This document shows, one piece after another, positions 27,887 through 39,698 of a stretch of 64,000 bases of DNA. Positions within the stretch are counted from its first letter, which is position 1. Each line of letters begins with the position of its first letter. A program made the position numbers and the translations under genes. The DNA is from an uncultured Thermotogae bacterium (GTDB taxonomy: Bacteria; Bipolaricaulota; Bipolaricaulia; UBA7950; UBA9294), in the NCBI GenBank assembly GCA_964447445.1, contig CAYUSW010000065.1:1106-65105 (forward strand). The letters are read 5' to 3'. The notes beneath the pieces were generated by a model that ran no database searches, was not told the origin of the DNA, and was given only the letters and a program-made list of their open reading frames with translations.

Positions 27887-27914
27887 CGAGCCCGGAGGCT
27901 ATACTCCGACCAAC
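27887..27914 (+). promoter_or_regulatory. sigma70-like promoter (TTGACA-16 nt-TATACT) for the FmdB-rpoC transcription unit
   Basis: Perfect -35 hexamer and a near-consensus -10, read directly from the sequence. It is followed by an about 115-nt leader that contains a small hairpin (CCCTA-cgaggac-TAGGG). Confidence 0.5.
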
Positions 27915-28036
27915 CAGTCTGAACAAGGGATGCGCGGCTTCGGAACGGAGCGTCTGTTTATTCCGCGATCGCGTTTCATGAGAGTAGAGTCAAGAGACCG
28001 TGGTGCTAGCCCTACGAGGACTAGGGCGGGGCAGTT

Positions 28037-28276
28037 ATGCCTTTTTACCGCTTCGAGTGCGCAAGTTGCGGGAGCGAGTTCCGTGTGTTGCGACAAAACG
28101 GCGATGTGGCTCTGGCGACGTGCCCGCACTGCGGCGGCGGCCAGACGAAGCGGCTTCTTCCCCGGATCGGCGTGATCTACAAGGGCAAAGGGTACTACTC
28201 CACGGACTACCGCAAGACCAAGAGTGAAAGCGCGCTGCGCGACTCGGCGGAGTCGACGACGGGAACCGAGAACTAG
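28037..28276 (+). CDS. FmdB-family zinc-ribbon protein
   Basis: MPFYRFECASCGSEF...CPHCGG is the CxxC...CxxC FmdB signature. 79 aa. Confidence 0.8.
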   Translation: MPFYRFECASCGSEFRVLRQNGDVALATCPHCGGGQTKRLLPRIGVIYKGKGYYSTDYRKTKSESALRDSAESTTGTEN

Positions 28277-28331
28277 GGCAAACGGAGCGGCCGCGCGGCG
28301 CAGCTCGGCTGCCACGGAAGACTAAGGAGAG

Positions 28332-31300
28332 GTGAGGCAAGTGATTGCCGGCGATGACATCCGTCGCATAAAGCTGCAGCTGGCTCCACCGTCGGTGATT
28401 CTCGGCTGGTCGCACGGAGAGATCACGGAGTCCGAGACGATCAACTACCGAACGCATCGGGCGGAGCGGGGCGGCTTGTACGCCGAAGAGATCTTCGGGC
28501 CCGCCAACGACTACGAGTGCGCGTGCGGCAAGTACAAGGGCAAGAAGTACGAGGGGATCACGTGCGAGAAGTGTCACGTCCTCGTCACAGACTCATCGGT
28601 TCGGCGCGTCAACATGGCGCACATCCAACTGGCCAGCCCCGTGGTCCACTTCTGGTTCCTCAAGGGGGTGTCCAGCCTTCTCAGTCGTCTCTTGGGGTTG
28701 AAGCGCCGCGAGCTCCAGCGGATCGCGTACTACGAGACCGAGCCCCTTGAGCAGGCTCTCTACATCGTCACGACGTCCGGAAGCAAGGAAGTGCGGCCAG
28801 GCGAGTCGCTGTATGCGTCCGAACACGCGATCCTGTCCCAGGCGTTGACCTTCGAGGTGGAGCCCGCATACTACCTCGACGAAGCCCCCCGCGTTCTCGC
28901 GGAGGAGGGTGGGCGAGTCACGATCGAAGAGCGGCAGCTGACGAACGGCGAGCGCATTCGCTCGGTCATCATCGGGAGTCAGGAGTACCCGATGGTGGGC
29001 GAGGCCGAGATCATGCTCGAGGACGGCGACGAGGTGGAAGCGGACACCGTGATCGCCGAGCGTCCGGTGGGCGAGATCTGCTCGAAGACAGCCTACGACA
29101 TGCTGGTGGACCGCTACGGCGCGGTCACGGGAGAGCCGCTCGATCGAGAGGTGCTGGACAGCTTGGCGTTCATCGTGACGCAGATCAAGGATCGCGACAT
29201 CCCCCTCTCGATCGGAGAGCGGCTGACCTATCTCGAGAAGCGCGCGTACGAACGCATCTATCCGGACGGCTTCGCGGCCGAGACAGGCGCCGCTGGAATC
29301 AAGGGCATTCTCCAGTCGCTCGACGTAGAGGAGCTCTACGCGTCTCTCACTGAAGAGCTGCGCCAGGAGACGAGCATCGGCAACCAGCGGCGACTCATGA
29401 AGCGGCTCGAGGTGGTGGATCAGTTGCGGCGCTCCGGCAACAACCCGCAGGACATGATCCTCGATGCGGTTCCGGTTCTTCCACCCGACCTGCGCCCGAT
29501 GATCCAGCTTGAGGGCGGGAAGTTCGCTACGACGGACCTGAACGACCTCTACCGCCGAATCATCAACCGGAACAACCGCCTCAAGAAGCTGGTCGACATG
29601 GGTGCTCCGGAAGTGATCCTGCGGAATGAGCGACGGATGCTGCAGGAAGCGGTCGACGCCCTGATTCACAACGAGAAGAAGGAGAGCCCGATTCGGGGGC
29701 GCGACAACCGCCCGCTCAAGTCGTTGTCCGAACGGATCCACGGCAAGCACGGTCGGCTGCGTCGCAACCTGCTGGGTCGTCGCGTCGACTATTCGGGACG
29801 TGCCGTCATCGTTGTCGATCCGAAGCTGAAGCTGGCGCAGTGCGGGATTCCGAAGAAGATGGCGCTCGAGCTGTTCAAGCCGTTCATCTTGCACTACCTC
29901 GAGACGACGACGTTCTCCGACTTCGACGAGATCAAGAATCGTGCCCTCATGGGCGAGATGCCCGAGGTGTGGGACATCCTTGACAAGCTCATCAAGAAGC
30001 ACCCGGTGCTTCTCAACCGCGCCCCGACGCTCCACCGGCTCTCGATGCAGGCGTTCGAGCCGATCCTGGTGGACGGCGAGGCCATTCATGTCCACCCCTT
30101 GGTGTGCCCGCCCTACAACGCGGACTTCGACGGCGACACGATGTCGGTGCACCTTCCGCTTTCTCCCGAGGCCATCGCGGAGGCACGGGAACTCATGGCG
30201 GCGCCGCGCAACATCCTCTCGCCGTCGAGCGGCGAGCCCATCACGTTGCCGACGCAAGACCCGATCTTCGCCTTCTACTTCCTGACCCTCGAGGAGCCTG
30301 AGGGGAAGGGGAAGGGGAAGGCATTCCGCGACATCGACGAGGCCCAAAGAGCCTTCGAGACAGGAGCCCTAGGACTGCACAGCCTGGCGAAGATCCGCAT
30401 CGACGGACAGATCGTCGACACCACTCTAGGTCGCGCCGAGGTGAACCGAGTCCTTCCCGAACCGATTCGCGACTACAGCCGCGTCATTGACCGGCGGACC
30501 GTGAAGAAGATCGTCATGCGCTGCTTCCACGAGTACGGCTGGGAGAAGACAGCCGAGGTCTTGGATGATCTGAAGGACCTTGGGTTCAAGTATGCCACGT
30601 ATGCCGGCCTCACGATCTCACTCAAGGACTGCCTCATCCCCGTGGAGAAGACTGGCATTGTTCGCGAGTCCCAAGCCGCCGTGCTGCGCATCGAGACCAT
30701 GTTCAAGATGGGGCTGTCCACGGAGGAGGAGCGCCGCGACGCGGTGATTCGCATCTGGCGGCGCACGGTGGATGACGTGGAGCACGCCACGATGGAGAAC
30801 CTGCGTCAGCACCTGTTCAACCCCGTGTATGGAATGGTCATGTCTGGCGCGCGGGGAGGTCCGGACCAGGTCAAGCAGCTCTGCGGGATGCGGGGACCCA
30901 TGGCGGGTCCGTCGGGCGAGATCATCGAGAGGCCCGTCATCTCGAACTTCCGCGAAGGGCTGGACATGATGGAGTACTTCATCTCCACCCACGGCGGGCG
31001 CAAGGGCGCGGCGGACACGGCGCTGAAGACGGCCGACTCGGGCTACCTGACCCGGCGCCTCGTGGACGCGTCGTCCGACACGATCATCCGTGCGGTCGAC
31101 TGCGGGACGACGCAGGGTGTGGAGATTGATCCCCTACGGTTCAGCAAATCGGAAACGATGGAGGCGATTGAAGAGCGCATCTACGGGCGAGTCACCGCGT
31201 CGCCCGTGATCGACCCGTCAAGCGGTGACGTGGTCGCGGATGCCAATCAGTGGATCACGCAGGAAATGGCCACACTGATCGGCCAGATGGAGTGCGAGCT

Positions 31301-33309
31301 GTCCACCGCGAGCGCGGCCGACCGCGAGCGCATGATCGGTGCGAAGAGCCTGCACGACGTCAAAGAACCTCGCACCGGGCGAGTGATCCTGAGGCAGGAC
31401 GAGATGCTGACAGCGCGTCTCGCGGAGACCCTGCGCGCGGCGAAGATCAAGAAGATTCAGGTGCGGCCCCGCGTGGTGATCCGCTCCGCGATGACTTGCG
31501 AGTCAACCGGAGGAGTGTGCCAGCTCTGCTACGGATATGACATGAGCAGCCATCAGCCGGTCGCGTTGGGGACGGCCGTAGGGGTCATCGCGGCGCAGTC
31601 TATCGGAGAGCCCGGCACGCAGCTGACGATGCGCACGTTCCATCTGGGCGGCGTTGCTGGAGAAGACATCACGCAGGGACTGCCTCGTGCCGAGGAGCTG
31701 TTCGAGGCGCGGAAGACGCCGAAGGAGAGCGAGGCGGGAATCTCACCGCTGGACGGGTTCGTCACCAGCGTCGTGTCCACGGAGACAGGACACGACCAAG
31801 TGGAGATCACCGGAGAGCCGCGGGACATCCTCGTGCCGGCAGGAATCCTCAAAGCCGAAGAGGGTGACGAGGTCGCGACCGAGGACCTGATTCGTACGAA
31901 GAGCCCGTGCAAGCGAGGTCTACATCCTGCGCGCCGACGATGGCAGCCAGGAACTCCTGCTGCTGGATCCCGCGAGCGGCGACCGATCGTACACCATCCC
32001 GCGCGGAGCTACGGTCAAGGTTGAGACCGGCGATGTCGTCGAGGCGAAAGATGCCCTAACGGACCGCTTCAACGTGGAACCGGTCGTTGCGACGCGGAAA
32101 GCAAAGGTCGAATTGTCCGAAGAGAACGACAGGGTGTTCCGACTCGTGTTTGGCGAGGGAGACGTGGTCGAACACGAGATCCCCTACGGCGGCCGACTGC
32201 TCGTGGAGCCGGGGCAGACCGTGCAGGCGGGGAAAGCCGTCACATCGCGCTCGAAGCCCATCTTCGTCGCTGCGGAGGGTGAAGGGACTGCCGTCGTCTT
32301 GGACGATCGGATCCTCGTGTACAACCCGGAGGGAGGACTGCGGATTCCGCTCACGGCAGACATCTCGTCCCTGAAGGGGCACGGGGAAACCGTGCGCGCC
32401 GGCGAGCCGCTCGTCCGGCTCGAGGTGCCGCACGTCGGCGAGGTGCGCGTGGAATCGATCGAGATCCATGGCGAAATCGCCAAAGTGAGAATCGAGCCGA
32501 AGAGCGTGGTGACGATCGACAAAGCAGTCACGGTACGCGTGGGCGACAAGATCGAAGAGGGAGACCTGTTAACCAAAGGGATCGTGGCGCCGCACACGGT
32601 GCTCGCGGCTGCCGGCGTTCAGAAGGCCCGTCAGTACCTCTTGACGGAGATCCACAAGGTGTACAGGCAGCAAGGCGTGGACATTAACGACAAGCATCTC
32701 GAGGTGATCATTCGCCAGATCCTGAACAACGTGCGGATCATGGACAAGGGTGACTCGCGCTTCCTGCTGGGTGATCTCGTCACGCTGGAGGAGTTCCGCA
32801 AGGAGGTCAAGACTCTGGCTCTGTGGAACCAGGAAGCGGACAAGACGCGCGCAGAGGCGCTGAGTCTTCCCCTGGCGGAAGATGTGACCGTCGATGACCA
32901 AATCGCGGCCCGGAGCGGAGAGCCTCTGACGGCCCTCGTGTTGGCAACGGCCAGGAGGGCGAAGATCGACGTCGTCCGGGTCGTGCGGGACGAGGAGGAG
33001 GTCGAGGTCCCCGTCGCGGAGAAGCGGCTGCCTGCCGGCGACCGCGAGCTCTTGAGGATCTCGAAGGCGGCCTTGCAGACGAAGGGGTGGCTCTCCGCCG
33101 CGTCGTTCCAGCGAACGACGAAAGTGCTCGCCGAGGCGGCGCTGCGCGGCGAGACCGACGAACTGGAAGGGCTGAAGCCGAGCATCATTGTGGGAAAACG
33201 GATCCCCGCTGGGACGGGCTTCCGGCCCCTCGTCAGCGCGGGGGTGCCTGCCGGCAGCGCCGACGTGCCCGCAGCCGAAGAGCCGGCGGATGACGAGGAT
33301 TCTGCGTAG
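28332..33309 (+). CDS. rpoC: DNA-directed RNA polymerase subunit beta-prime, with an apparent frameshift near 31.90 kb (two ORF pieces 28332-32024 and 32074-33309)
   Basis: Zinc-binding motif CxCGKYK..C.KC, NADFDGD active site, trigger loop/bridge-helix regions and the C-terminal ...[12 protein letters not shown] are all present. The reading frame changes between about 31895 and 31912. The downstream frame read back to about 31903 continues beta-prime sensibly ([18 protein letters not shown]...). The start is GTG 28332 or 28341, after an AAGGAG ribosome-binding site. Confidence 0.85.
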
Positions 33310-33311
33310 CC

Positions 33312-33340
33312 TTGAAGGGGCTACAGGCCCAACCTATAAT
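33312..33340 (+). promoter_or_regulatory. sigma70-like promoter (TTGAAG-17 nt-TATAAT) for rpsL-rpsG-fusA
   Basis: Read directly from the sequence. A GGGAG ribosome-binding site precedes the rpsL ATG at 33368. Confidence 0.5.
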
Positions 33341-33367
33341 CACGGCCATCCAAGCCAGGGAGTGAAG

Positions 33368-33739
33368 ATGCCAACGATCAATCAGCTGATCCGACTCGGG
33401 CGGAAGCCCAAGACGAAGAAGAGCAAGGCTCCGCAGCTCAGTACATGCCCGCAGAAGCGCGGCGTCTGCACGCGCGTCTACACGCGCACGCCGAAGAAGC
33501 CAAATTCCGCGTTGCGGAAAGTCGCCCGCGTGCGGATGAGCAACGGGAAGGAAGTCACCGCCTACATTGGGGGAGAAGGGCACAACCTGCAGGAGCACTC
33601 CATGGTGTTGGTGCGGGGTGGTCGCGTCAAGGATCTACCCGGAGTCAGGTACCACATCATTCGCGGCACCCTGGACTCAGAGGGCGTGACGTCACGGCGT
33701 CAGGGCCGGTCGAAGTATGGCGCCAAGAAGCAGCAGTAG
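33368..33739 (+). CDS. rpsL: 30S ribosomal protein S12
   Basis: MPTINQLIR...[11 protein letters not shown] is the S12 signature. Confidence 0.95.
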   Translation: MPTINQLIRLGRKPKTKKSKAPQLSTCPQKRGVCTRVYTRTPKKPNSALRKVARVRMSNGKEVTAYIGGEGHNLQEHSMVLVRGGRVKDLPGVRYHIIRGTLDSEGVTSRRQGRSKYGAKKQQ

Positions 33740-33752
33740 TGAGGAGACGAGC

Positions 33753-34211
33753 ATGAAGATCCCTGGTCGTGACGTGAAGCCCGACATCCGCCACAGCAGC
33801 AAGCTCCTGGCGAAGCTCATCAACTACGTCATGCAGGAGGGTAAGAAGCCGATCGCCGAGCGGATCGTCTACGGGGCCCTCGAGTTGGTGGAGTCGAGGA
33901 GCGGCTCTCCATCGCTCGATGTGTTCAATGAGGCCATCACGAACTGCTGCCCACGCCTTGAGGTCCGAACTCGGCGGGTCGGCGGTGCCAACTATCAGGT
34001 GCCGTACGAAGTTCCGGCGGATCGGCAGATCGCGCTCGCGCTTCGCTGGCTCGTCGCGGCGTCGCGGGAGCGAGGCGAGCACACCATGGCCGAGCGATTG
34101 GCTGCCGAGATCGTCGACGCGTCGCGCAAAGAGGGGAAGGCCTACACGAAGCGGCTGGATGCTCATCGCATGGCCGAGTCCAACAAGGCGTTCGCGCACT
34201 ACCGCTGGTAG
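33753..34211 (+). CDS. rpsG: 30S ribosomal protein S7
   Basis: S7 signature present, 152 aa. Start at ATG 33753 after GAGGAG. Confidence 0.93.
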   Translation: MKIPGRDVKPDIRHSSKLLAKLINYVMQEGKKPIAERIVYGALELVESRSGSPSLDVFNEAITNCCPRLEVRTRRVGGANYQVPYEVPADRQIALALRWLVAASRERGEHTMAERLAAEIVDASRKEGKAYTKRLDAHRMAESNKAFAHYRW

Positions 34212-34258
34212 ACGCTCGCTCGGCCCGCGCCCGAAGTCCCGGCAAAGGAACGTCGACT

Positions 34259-36331
34259 GTGTCTCCGCGTACGTCTGACCTCGAGAGAGTGCGCAACATT
34301 GGCATCATGGCGCACATCGATGCCGGGAAGACGACGACGACGGAGCGCATCCTCTTCTACACCGGCCAGATCCACAAGATGGGCGAAGTCCATGAGGGTG
34401 ACACCGAAATGGACTGGATGGCGCAGGAGCGGGAGCGCGGGATCACGATCACGTCGGCTGCGACGACGTGTCCGTGGAAAGACCACCAGATCAACATCAT
34501 CGACACGCCGGGGCACGTCGACTTCACTGCCGAGGTCGAGCGCAGCCTGCGGGTGCTGGACGGTGCCGTCGTCCTCTTCTCGGGCGTGGAGATGGTCGAG
34601 TCCCAGTCGGAGACGGTCTGGCGGCAGGCCGACCGCTACAAGACCCCGCGCATCGCTTTCGTCAACAAACTCGATCGTGCAGAGGCGAGCTTCACAGGCA
34701 CACTCGAGATGATCGAAGCGCGCCTTGGCGTGCGGACGGTTCCGTTGAGCCTGCCGCATCGAGACGCGGATCGCCGGCTTCTGGGCATCGTCGACCTGCT
34801 CGCGCGAGAGCTCGTTGTGTGGGACAGTGGGAGCCAGGGCTCCGCGATGGCGCGGGAGCCGGTTCCCCCTGCTCTGCACGAGCAGGTAGAACTGTACCGC
34901 GAGCTGGCGATCGAGCGAACGGCGGAGTTCGACGATCGATTGATGGAGTCGTTCCTCGAGGGGCGGGAAGTGCGTCCGGAGGATTTCCACGCGGGGCTCC
35001 GACGGGGATGCATTGCGAATCGACTGATCCCCGTAGTCGGGGGATCTGCGTTCCAGAACGTCGGCGTACAGCCGCTTCTCGATGCCGTAGTTCGCTATCT
35101 ACCTTCTCCGGTCGACGTCCCTCCCGTGCGGGGCGTCGACGGCGTGGAGGAGCGGGCGTCGAATCCGGAAGCTCCCTTCTCCGCTCTTGCATTCAAAGTG
35201 ACGTCCGACCCGTACGCCGGGCGGCTGGTTTACCTACGCATCTACTCCGGATCTCTGAAGGTCGGAGGACACGCATACAACAGCTCAACGGGCAAAGGCC
35301 TTCGAGTCACGAAGCTCTTCCGCATGCACGCCAACCACCGAATGGCGCTGGACGAAGCGGTTGCGGGCGACATCGTCGCGGTCGTCGGGTCGCAGGACGT
35401 CTCGACGGGGGACACGCTGTGCGACAAGAGCGCGCCGATCCTGCTCGAGAAGATCCAATTCCCCGAACCCGTCGTGTTCTCGGCCGTGGAGCCGCGAACG
35501 GAAGCCGAGCGGCTGGGACTGATGGACGGACTAGCGAAGCTGGCTCAGGAGGATCCGACGTTCCACGTCCGGACGGATGAGACGACCGACCAGATCATCA
35601 TCGGCGGGATGGGCGAGTTGCACCTGGATGTGCTGGTCCGCCGCCTGCGCGAAGAGCTGCGCGTCCACGCGCGAGTCGGCACACCTCAGGTGGCATACCG
35701 GGAGACTCTCCGCGAGCCGGTCGTCGCGGAGGACGAGTTCGAGAGGCAAGCGGGCGGGCGCGGTCAGTTCGCGCGCGTCGTCCTGCGGCTCGAGCCGTTG
35801 CCGCGGGAAAGCGGGATCACGTTCCGCTTTGACGCGAAGCCGGAAGAGATCCCAAAGGCGTATGCGGCGGCCATTGAGAGCGCTCTGCGGGGAACGTTGA
35901 CAAACGGTCCACTAGCGGGATATCCTCTCGCCGACATCGGAGCCGCCGTTATTGGTGGGTCTTTTCATCCGGTAGACTCGTCCGAGCTTGCGTTTCGTGC
36001 AGCCGCATCCGCGGCGTTGCACAAGGCGTACAGTGCGGGTGTGTTTGAGCTTCTCGAACCGATTATGGAAGGAGAAGTGATCACGCCTGCCGAGTACCTG
36101 GGTGAAGTGATGGAGGACCTGGCGCGCAGGCGTGGAGAAATCCACATGCTTCGGCCGCTGGAGACGGTGCAGATCCTGATGGTCTGCATCCCGCTGGCCG
36201 AGACGTTTGGGTACGCGACGCGGTTGCGCTCTCTGACCCAGGGAAGAGCGACGTACTCGCTTCGGGTGGCTCGTTACGAGAGAGTCCCGGAGGGGTTGCA
36301 GGGGAAGATCGTCAAGAGTAGAGGGTACTGA
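34259..36331 (+). CDS. fusA: elongation factor G
   Basis: [23 protein letters not shown] and full-length EF-G domains I-V are present. GTG start. Confidence 0.95.
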   Translation: MSPRTSDLERVRNIGIMAHIDAGKTTTTERILFYTGQIHKMGEVHEGDTEMDWMAQERERGITITSAATTCPWKDHQINIIDTPGHVDFTAEVERSLRVLDGAVVLFSGVEMVESQSETVWRQADRYKTPRIAFVNKLDRAEASFTGTLEMIEARLGVRTVPLSLPHRDADRRLLGIVDLLARELVVWDSGSQGSAMAREPVPPALHEQVELYRELAIERTAEFDDRLMESFLEGREVRPEDFHAGLRRGCIANRLIPVVGGSAFQNVGVQPLLDAVVRYLPSPVDVPPVRGVDGVEERASNPEAPFSALAFKVTSDPYAGRLVYLRIYSGSLKVGGHAYNSSTGKGLRVTKLFRMHANHRMALDEAVAGDIVAVVGSQDVSTGDTLCDKSAPILLEKIQFPEPVVFSAVEPRTEAERLGLMDGLAKLAQEDPTFHVRTDETTDQIIIGGMGELHLDVLVRRLREELRVHARVGTPQVAYRETLREPVVAEDEFERQAGGRGQFARVVLRLEPLPRESGITFRFDAKPEEIPKAYAAAIESALRGTLTNGPLAGYPLADIGAAVIGGSFHPVDSSELAFRAAASAALHKAYSAGVFELLEPIMEGEVITPAEYLGEVMEDLARRRGEIHMLRPLETVQILMVCIPLAETFGYATRLRSLTQGRATYSLRVARYERVPEGLQGKIVKSRGY

Positions 36332-36332
36332 C

Positions 36333-36641
36333 ATGGCGAGAGAGAAGATCCGGATCAAGCTGCGGGGGTACGATCACGAGCTTGTCGACAGCTCGGTTCG
36401 GAAGATCGTGGAGTCGGCAAAGGAGACGCGGGCCAAGATCGCTGGCCCGATTCCGCTTCCGACGGAGCGCCGCGTGTACACGGTGTTGCGGTCTCCGCAC
36501 ATCGACAAGCGATCGATGGAGCACTTTGAGCGGCGGATCCACACGCGCCTCCTCGACATCAAGGAGCCGACCTCTGAGACGATTAACGCGCTGATGGATA
36601 TCGAACTCCCCACGGGCATCGACATCGAGATCAAACTCTAG
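36333..36641 (+). CDS. rpsJ: 30S ribosomal protein S10
   Basis: Classic S10 sequence ([14 protein letters not shown]...). It starts 2 nt after the fusA stop, so no tuf lies between them. Confidence 0.95.
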   Translation: MAREKIRIKLRGYDHELVDSSVRKIVESAKETRAKIAGPIPLPTERRVYTVLRSPHIDKRSMEHFERRIHTRLLDIKEPTSETINALMDIELPTGIDIEIKL

Positions 36642-36660
36642 GCACGAAGGTAGGCGACGC

Positions 36661-37284
36661 ATGGCTCGGAGGCTTCTCGGAAAGAAGATTGGCATGGCGC
36701 AGGTGTTTGTCGATGACCGCGCGGTCGGCGTGACGGTCATCGAAACGCGTCCCTGCACCGTCGTCCAGATCAAGACGAAGGAGAGAGACGGATACGACGC
36801 CTTGCAGCTCGGCTACGACGAAGTCAAGGAGACGAAGGTCTCCCGGCCGCTCGCGGGGCACTTCAAGAAGAGCGGTGTGGCGGCGCATCGTCACTTGTTT
36901 GAGATCCGTGTCGAGAGTGTGGGGGAGTACAAAGTCGGTGACGCCATCGGGGTGGGGATCTTCGCCGAGGGCGACAAGGTGGACGTGTCCGGTACCAGCC
37001 GAGGACTCGGGTTCCAGGGCGTCGTGAAGCGATGGAACTTCAGCGGCGGACCGGACAGCCACGGCTCCAAATTCCACCGGCGGCCCGGTTCGGTAGGGTG
37101 CCACGTGGAGCCGGGGCGGATCATCAAGGGGCGGAAAATGCCGGGGCACATGGGGAATCGGCGTGTCACGGTGCGCGGGCTTCGCGTGGTCAAGATTGAC
37201 GCCGAGAAGAACCTGCTCGTCCTCAAGGGGGCGACGCCGGGGGCCCGCGGAAGCCTCTTGGAATTGGGGAAGCATCATGGTTGA
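36661..37284 (+). CDS. rplC: 50S ribosomal protein L3
   Basis: L3 signature present and conserved operon position. Confidence 0.93.
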   Translation: MARRLLGKKIGMAQVFVDDRAVGVTVIETRPCTVVQIKTKERDGYDALQLGYDEVKETKVSRPLAGHFKKSGVAAHRHLFEIRVESVGEYKVGDAIGVGIFAEGDKVDVSGTSRGLGFQGVVKRWNFSGGPDSHGSKFHRRPGSVGCHVEPGRIIKGRKMPGHMGNRRVTVRGLRVVKIDAEKNLLVLKGATPGARGSLLELGKHHG

Positions 37285-37906
37285 AGCAAGAGCGTACTCG
37301 CTCGGCGAGGGTTCCGAGCCGCAGACCGTGGCGCTTGACGAGCGCTTGTTCGGCGGCAAAGTGAACAAGGACCTCCTCTATCGAATGGTTCGCATGCAGA
37401 TGGCGAATCGCCGCCAGGGCACGAGTTCGACGAAGACCCGAGGCGAAGTGCGGGGAGGAGGGCGAAAGCCCTGGCGTCAGAAGGGGACCGGGCGCGCCCG
37501 TCAAGGCTCGCGTCGCTCGCCCCTGTGGGTCGGAGGCGGCACGGTGTTCGGGCCGAAGCCTCGCTCCTACGCGATGAACCTGACGAAGAAGATGCGCGCA
37601 GGGGCGCTTGTCTCCGCGCTGTCTGATCGAGCCCAGGAAGGCCGGGTCATCCTTGTTGACCGGATCGCATTCGAGCAGCCGAAGACGAAGGCCGCCGTTG
37701 CGCTTCTCGCGCGGCTGGGCGTCGAGGGGAGTGCCCTTATCGTAGTAAGTTCCTCCGAGTATGGGCGGGCCGTGAAAAAGTCGTTTACGAACCTCCGCTA
37801 TGTGAAATGCATCGCGGGCTGCGGGATCAACGTCTACGACGTCCTGCGTCACGACCACCTTGTCATGACGGCCGGGGCCGTTGAGGAGCTGCGGGGGAGG
37901 TTCTGA
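37277..37906 (+). CDS. rplD: 50S ribosomal protein L4
   Basis: L4 pattern (RGGGRKPWRQKGTGRARQGS). ATG 37277 overlaps the L3 stop. Confidence 0.92.
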   Translation: MVEARAYSLGEGSEPQTVALDERLFGGKVNKDLLYRMVRMQMANRRQGTSSTKTRGEVRGGGRKPWRQKGTGRARQGSRRSPLWVGGGTVFGPKPRSYAMNLTKKMRAGALVSALSDRAQEGRVILVDRIAFEQPKTKAAVALLARLGVEGSALIVVSSSEYGRAVKKSFTNLRYVKCIAGCGINVYDVLRHDHLVMTAGAVEELRGRF

Positions 37907-37908
37907 CT

Positions 37909-38208
37909 ATGGCCAAGCTGATGCACGCGGAAGACATCGTCCTCGCGCCGCTGGTCACCGAGGACACGGTACGCAAGGCCGAAGAGCGGAAGTACGCGTT
38001 TCGCGTTGCCTTGAGAGCGAACAAGGTGGAGATCCGCAAGGCCGTCGAAGAGCTATTCAAAGTGAAGGTCGAAAAGGTGTGGACTGCCAACGTCCACGGA
38101 AAGCCCCGCCGCGAGCGCTTGAGCCAGCTTCACGGGCACACATCGCGATGGCGCAAGGCGACCGTGCGACTCGCGCCCGGCGACCGCATTGAGATGATGG
38201 GAGGCTAG
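37909..38208 (+). CDS. rplW: 50S ribosomal protein L23
   Basis: L23 signature present and operon position. Confidence 0.92.
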   Translation: MAKLMHAEDIVLAPLVTEDTVRKAEERKYAFRVALRANKVEIRKAVEELFKVKVEKVWTANVHGKPRRERLSQLHGHTSRWRKATVRLAPGDRIEMMGG

Positions 38209-38214
38209 GCAAGA

Positions 38215-39051
38215 ATGGCGCTCAAACGATACAAGCCGACGACCCCCGGGCGACGCCATGCGGAGCTGCCAGACTACAGCGAGCTCTCGCAGGTCGCTCC
38301 CGAAAAGTCACTCTTGCGCCCGAAGCCGAAGAAGGCCGGACGCAATAGCCAGGGACACATCACGGCTCGCTGGCGCGGGGGCGGCCACAAGAGGCAGTAC
38401 CGCGTGATCGATTTCGCGCGGGACAAGGATGGCATCCCCGCGCGCGTCATGACACGCGAGTATGACCCGAACCGGTCAGCGTGGATCACCCTTCTGTGCT
38501 ACGCGGACGGCGAGAAGCGGTACATCGTGGCCCCGGTCGAGCTGCCCGTCGGCGCGGTGGTCGAAGCGGGAGAGAACGCCGAGGTTTCGGTAGGCAACTC
38601 GCTCCCTCTGGCGAAGATCCCGCTCGGGTCGACGATCCATAACCTCGAGTTCTACCCGCGGAGCGGCGGAGCCATCGCGCGATCTGCCGGCACGTCGGCG
38701 AAGCTCATAGGAAAAGAGGGAGACAGGGCTCACGTGCGACTCCCGTCGGGCGAGGTGCGCATCTTCCGGACCGACTGCCGAGCGACGGTGGGCGAGGTCT
38801 CGAATCCCGACCACAAGAACGTAAAGCATGGGAGTGCCGGGAGAGTGCGGCACCTTGGGTGGAAGCCGGAGGTGCGGGGCACGGCGATGAACCCGGTCGA
38901 TCACCCGCACGGCGGCGGAGAGGGGCGCGGCCACGTTGGCGGACCGAAGGTCTCGCCGACCGGGAAGACGGCCAAGGGCGGCCGGACCCGCAAACCGCGC
39001 AAGAAGAGCAACGCGCTGATCGTCCGCCGGGCTGGCGAAGGTCGGCGGTAG
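38215..39051 (+). CDS. rplB: 50S ribosomal protein L2
   Basis: L2 signature ([19 protein letters not shown]...HPHGGGEGR). Confidence 0.95.
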   Translation: MALKRYKPTTPGRRHAELPDYSELSQVAPEKSLLRPKPKKAGRNSQGHITARWRGGGHKRQYRVIDFARDKDGIPARVMTREYDPNRSAWITLLCYADGEKRYIVAPVELPVGAVVEAGENAEVSVGNSLPLAKIPLGSTIHNLEFYPRSGGAIARSAGTSAKLIGKEGDRAHVRLPSGEVRIFRTDCRATVGEVSNPDHKNVKHGSAGRVRHLGWKPEVRGTAMNPVDHPHGGGEGRGHVGGPKVSPTGKTAKGGRTRKPRKKSNALIVRRAGEGRR

Positions 39052-39063
39052 GAGGAGGCCCTG

Positions 39064-39348
39064 ATGGGGAGATCAACGAAGAAGGGTCCCTACGTTTGTG
39101 CCAGCCTTCTCGACAAGGTGCAGCGCGCGAAGCGAGGGGATTCGGGGGAAATCAAGACGTGGTCGCGGGCTTCGATGGTCACACCCGACATGGTGGGCCT
39201 GATCATCAAGGTCCACAACGGCAAAGTGCACTTGCCCGTCTCGATCGTCGAGAACATGGTCGGACACAAGCTCGGTGAGTTCGCTCCGACTCGGACGTTC
39301 CGCTCGCACGGCGGAATGAAGAAGAAAAAGGCACCAGGCCTGACGTAG
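39064..39348 (+). CDS. rpsS: 30S ribosomal protein S19
   Basis: S19 signature ([10 protein letters not shown]...HNGK). Confidence 0.95.
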   Translation: MGRSTKKGPYVCASLLDKVQRAKRGDSGEIKTWSRASMVTPDMVGLIIKVHNGKVHLPVSIVENMVGHKLGEFAPTRTFRSHGGMKKKKAPGLT

Positions 39349-39356
39349 GAGACGCT

Positions 39357-39698
39357 ATGGAAGCACGGGCTATTGCGCGCCACATCCGCATGTCGCCACG
39401 AAAGGCGCGACTCGTTATCGATGCGATTCGCGGCAAGGGCGTGAACGAGGCGCTCCGGATCGTGGGGCTGTCAAGCAAGAAGACGGCACTGCCGATCCGC
39501 AAGACTCTTGAGTCGGCGATCGCCAACGCAGAGAACCACTATGACGTCGATGTCGACGGACTCTACGTGGTTCGCGCGACCGTCGACATGGGGAAGTCAC
39601 TGCGAAGGATGCAGCCCCGTGCATACGGACGGGCCGACGCGGTGCGGCACCATACGAGCCACGTGACGATTGTCGTCGGCGATAGGGAGCGTGCGTAA
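39357..39698 (+). CDS. rplV: 50S ribosomal protein L22
   Basis: L22 signature present and operon position. Confidence 0.93.
   Translation: MEARAIARHIRMSPRKARLVIDAIRGKGVNEALRIVGLSSKKTALPIRKTLESAIANAENHYDVDVDGLYVVRATVDMGKSLRRMQPRAYGRADAVRHHTSHVTIVVGDRERA

Noticed and set aside
28593-30347. 584-aa minus-strand ORF
   Set aside because: Antisense to rpoC.
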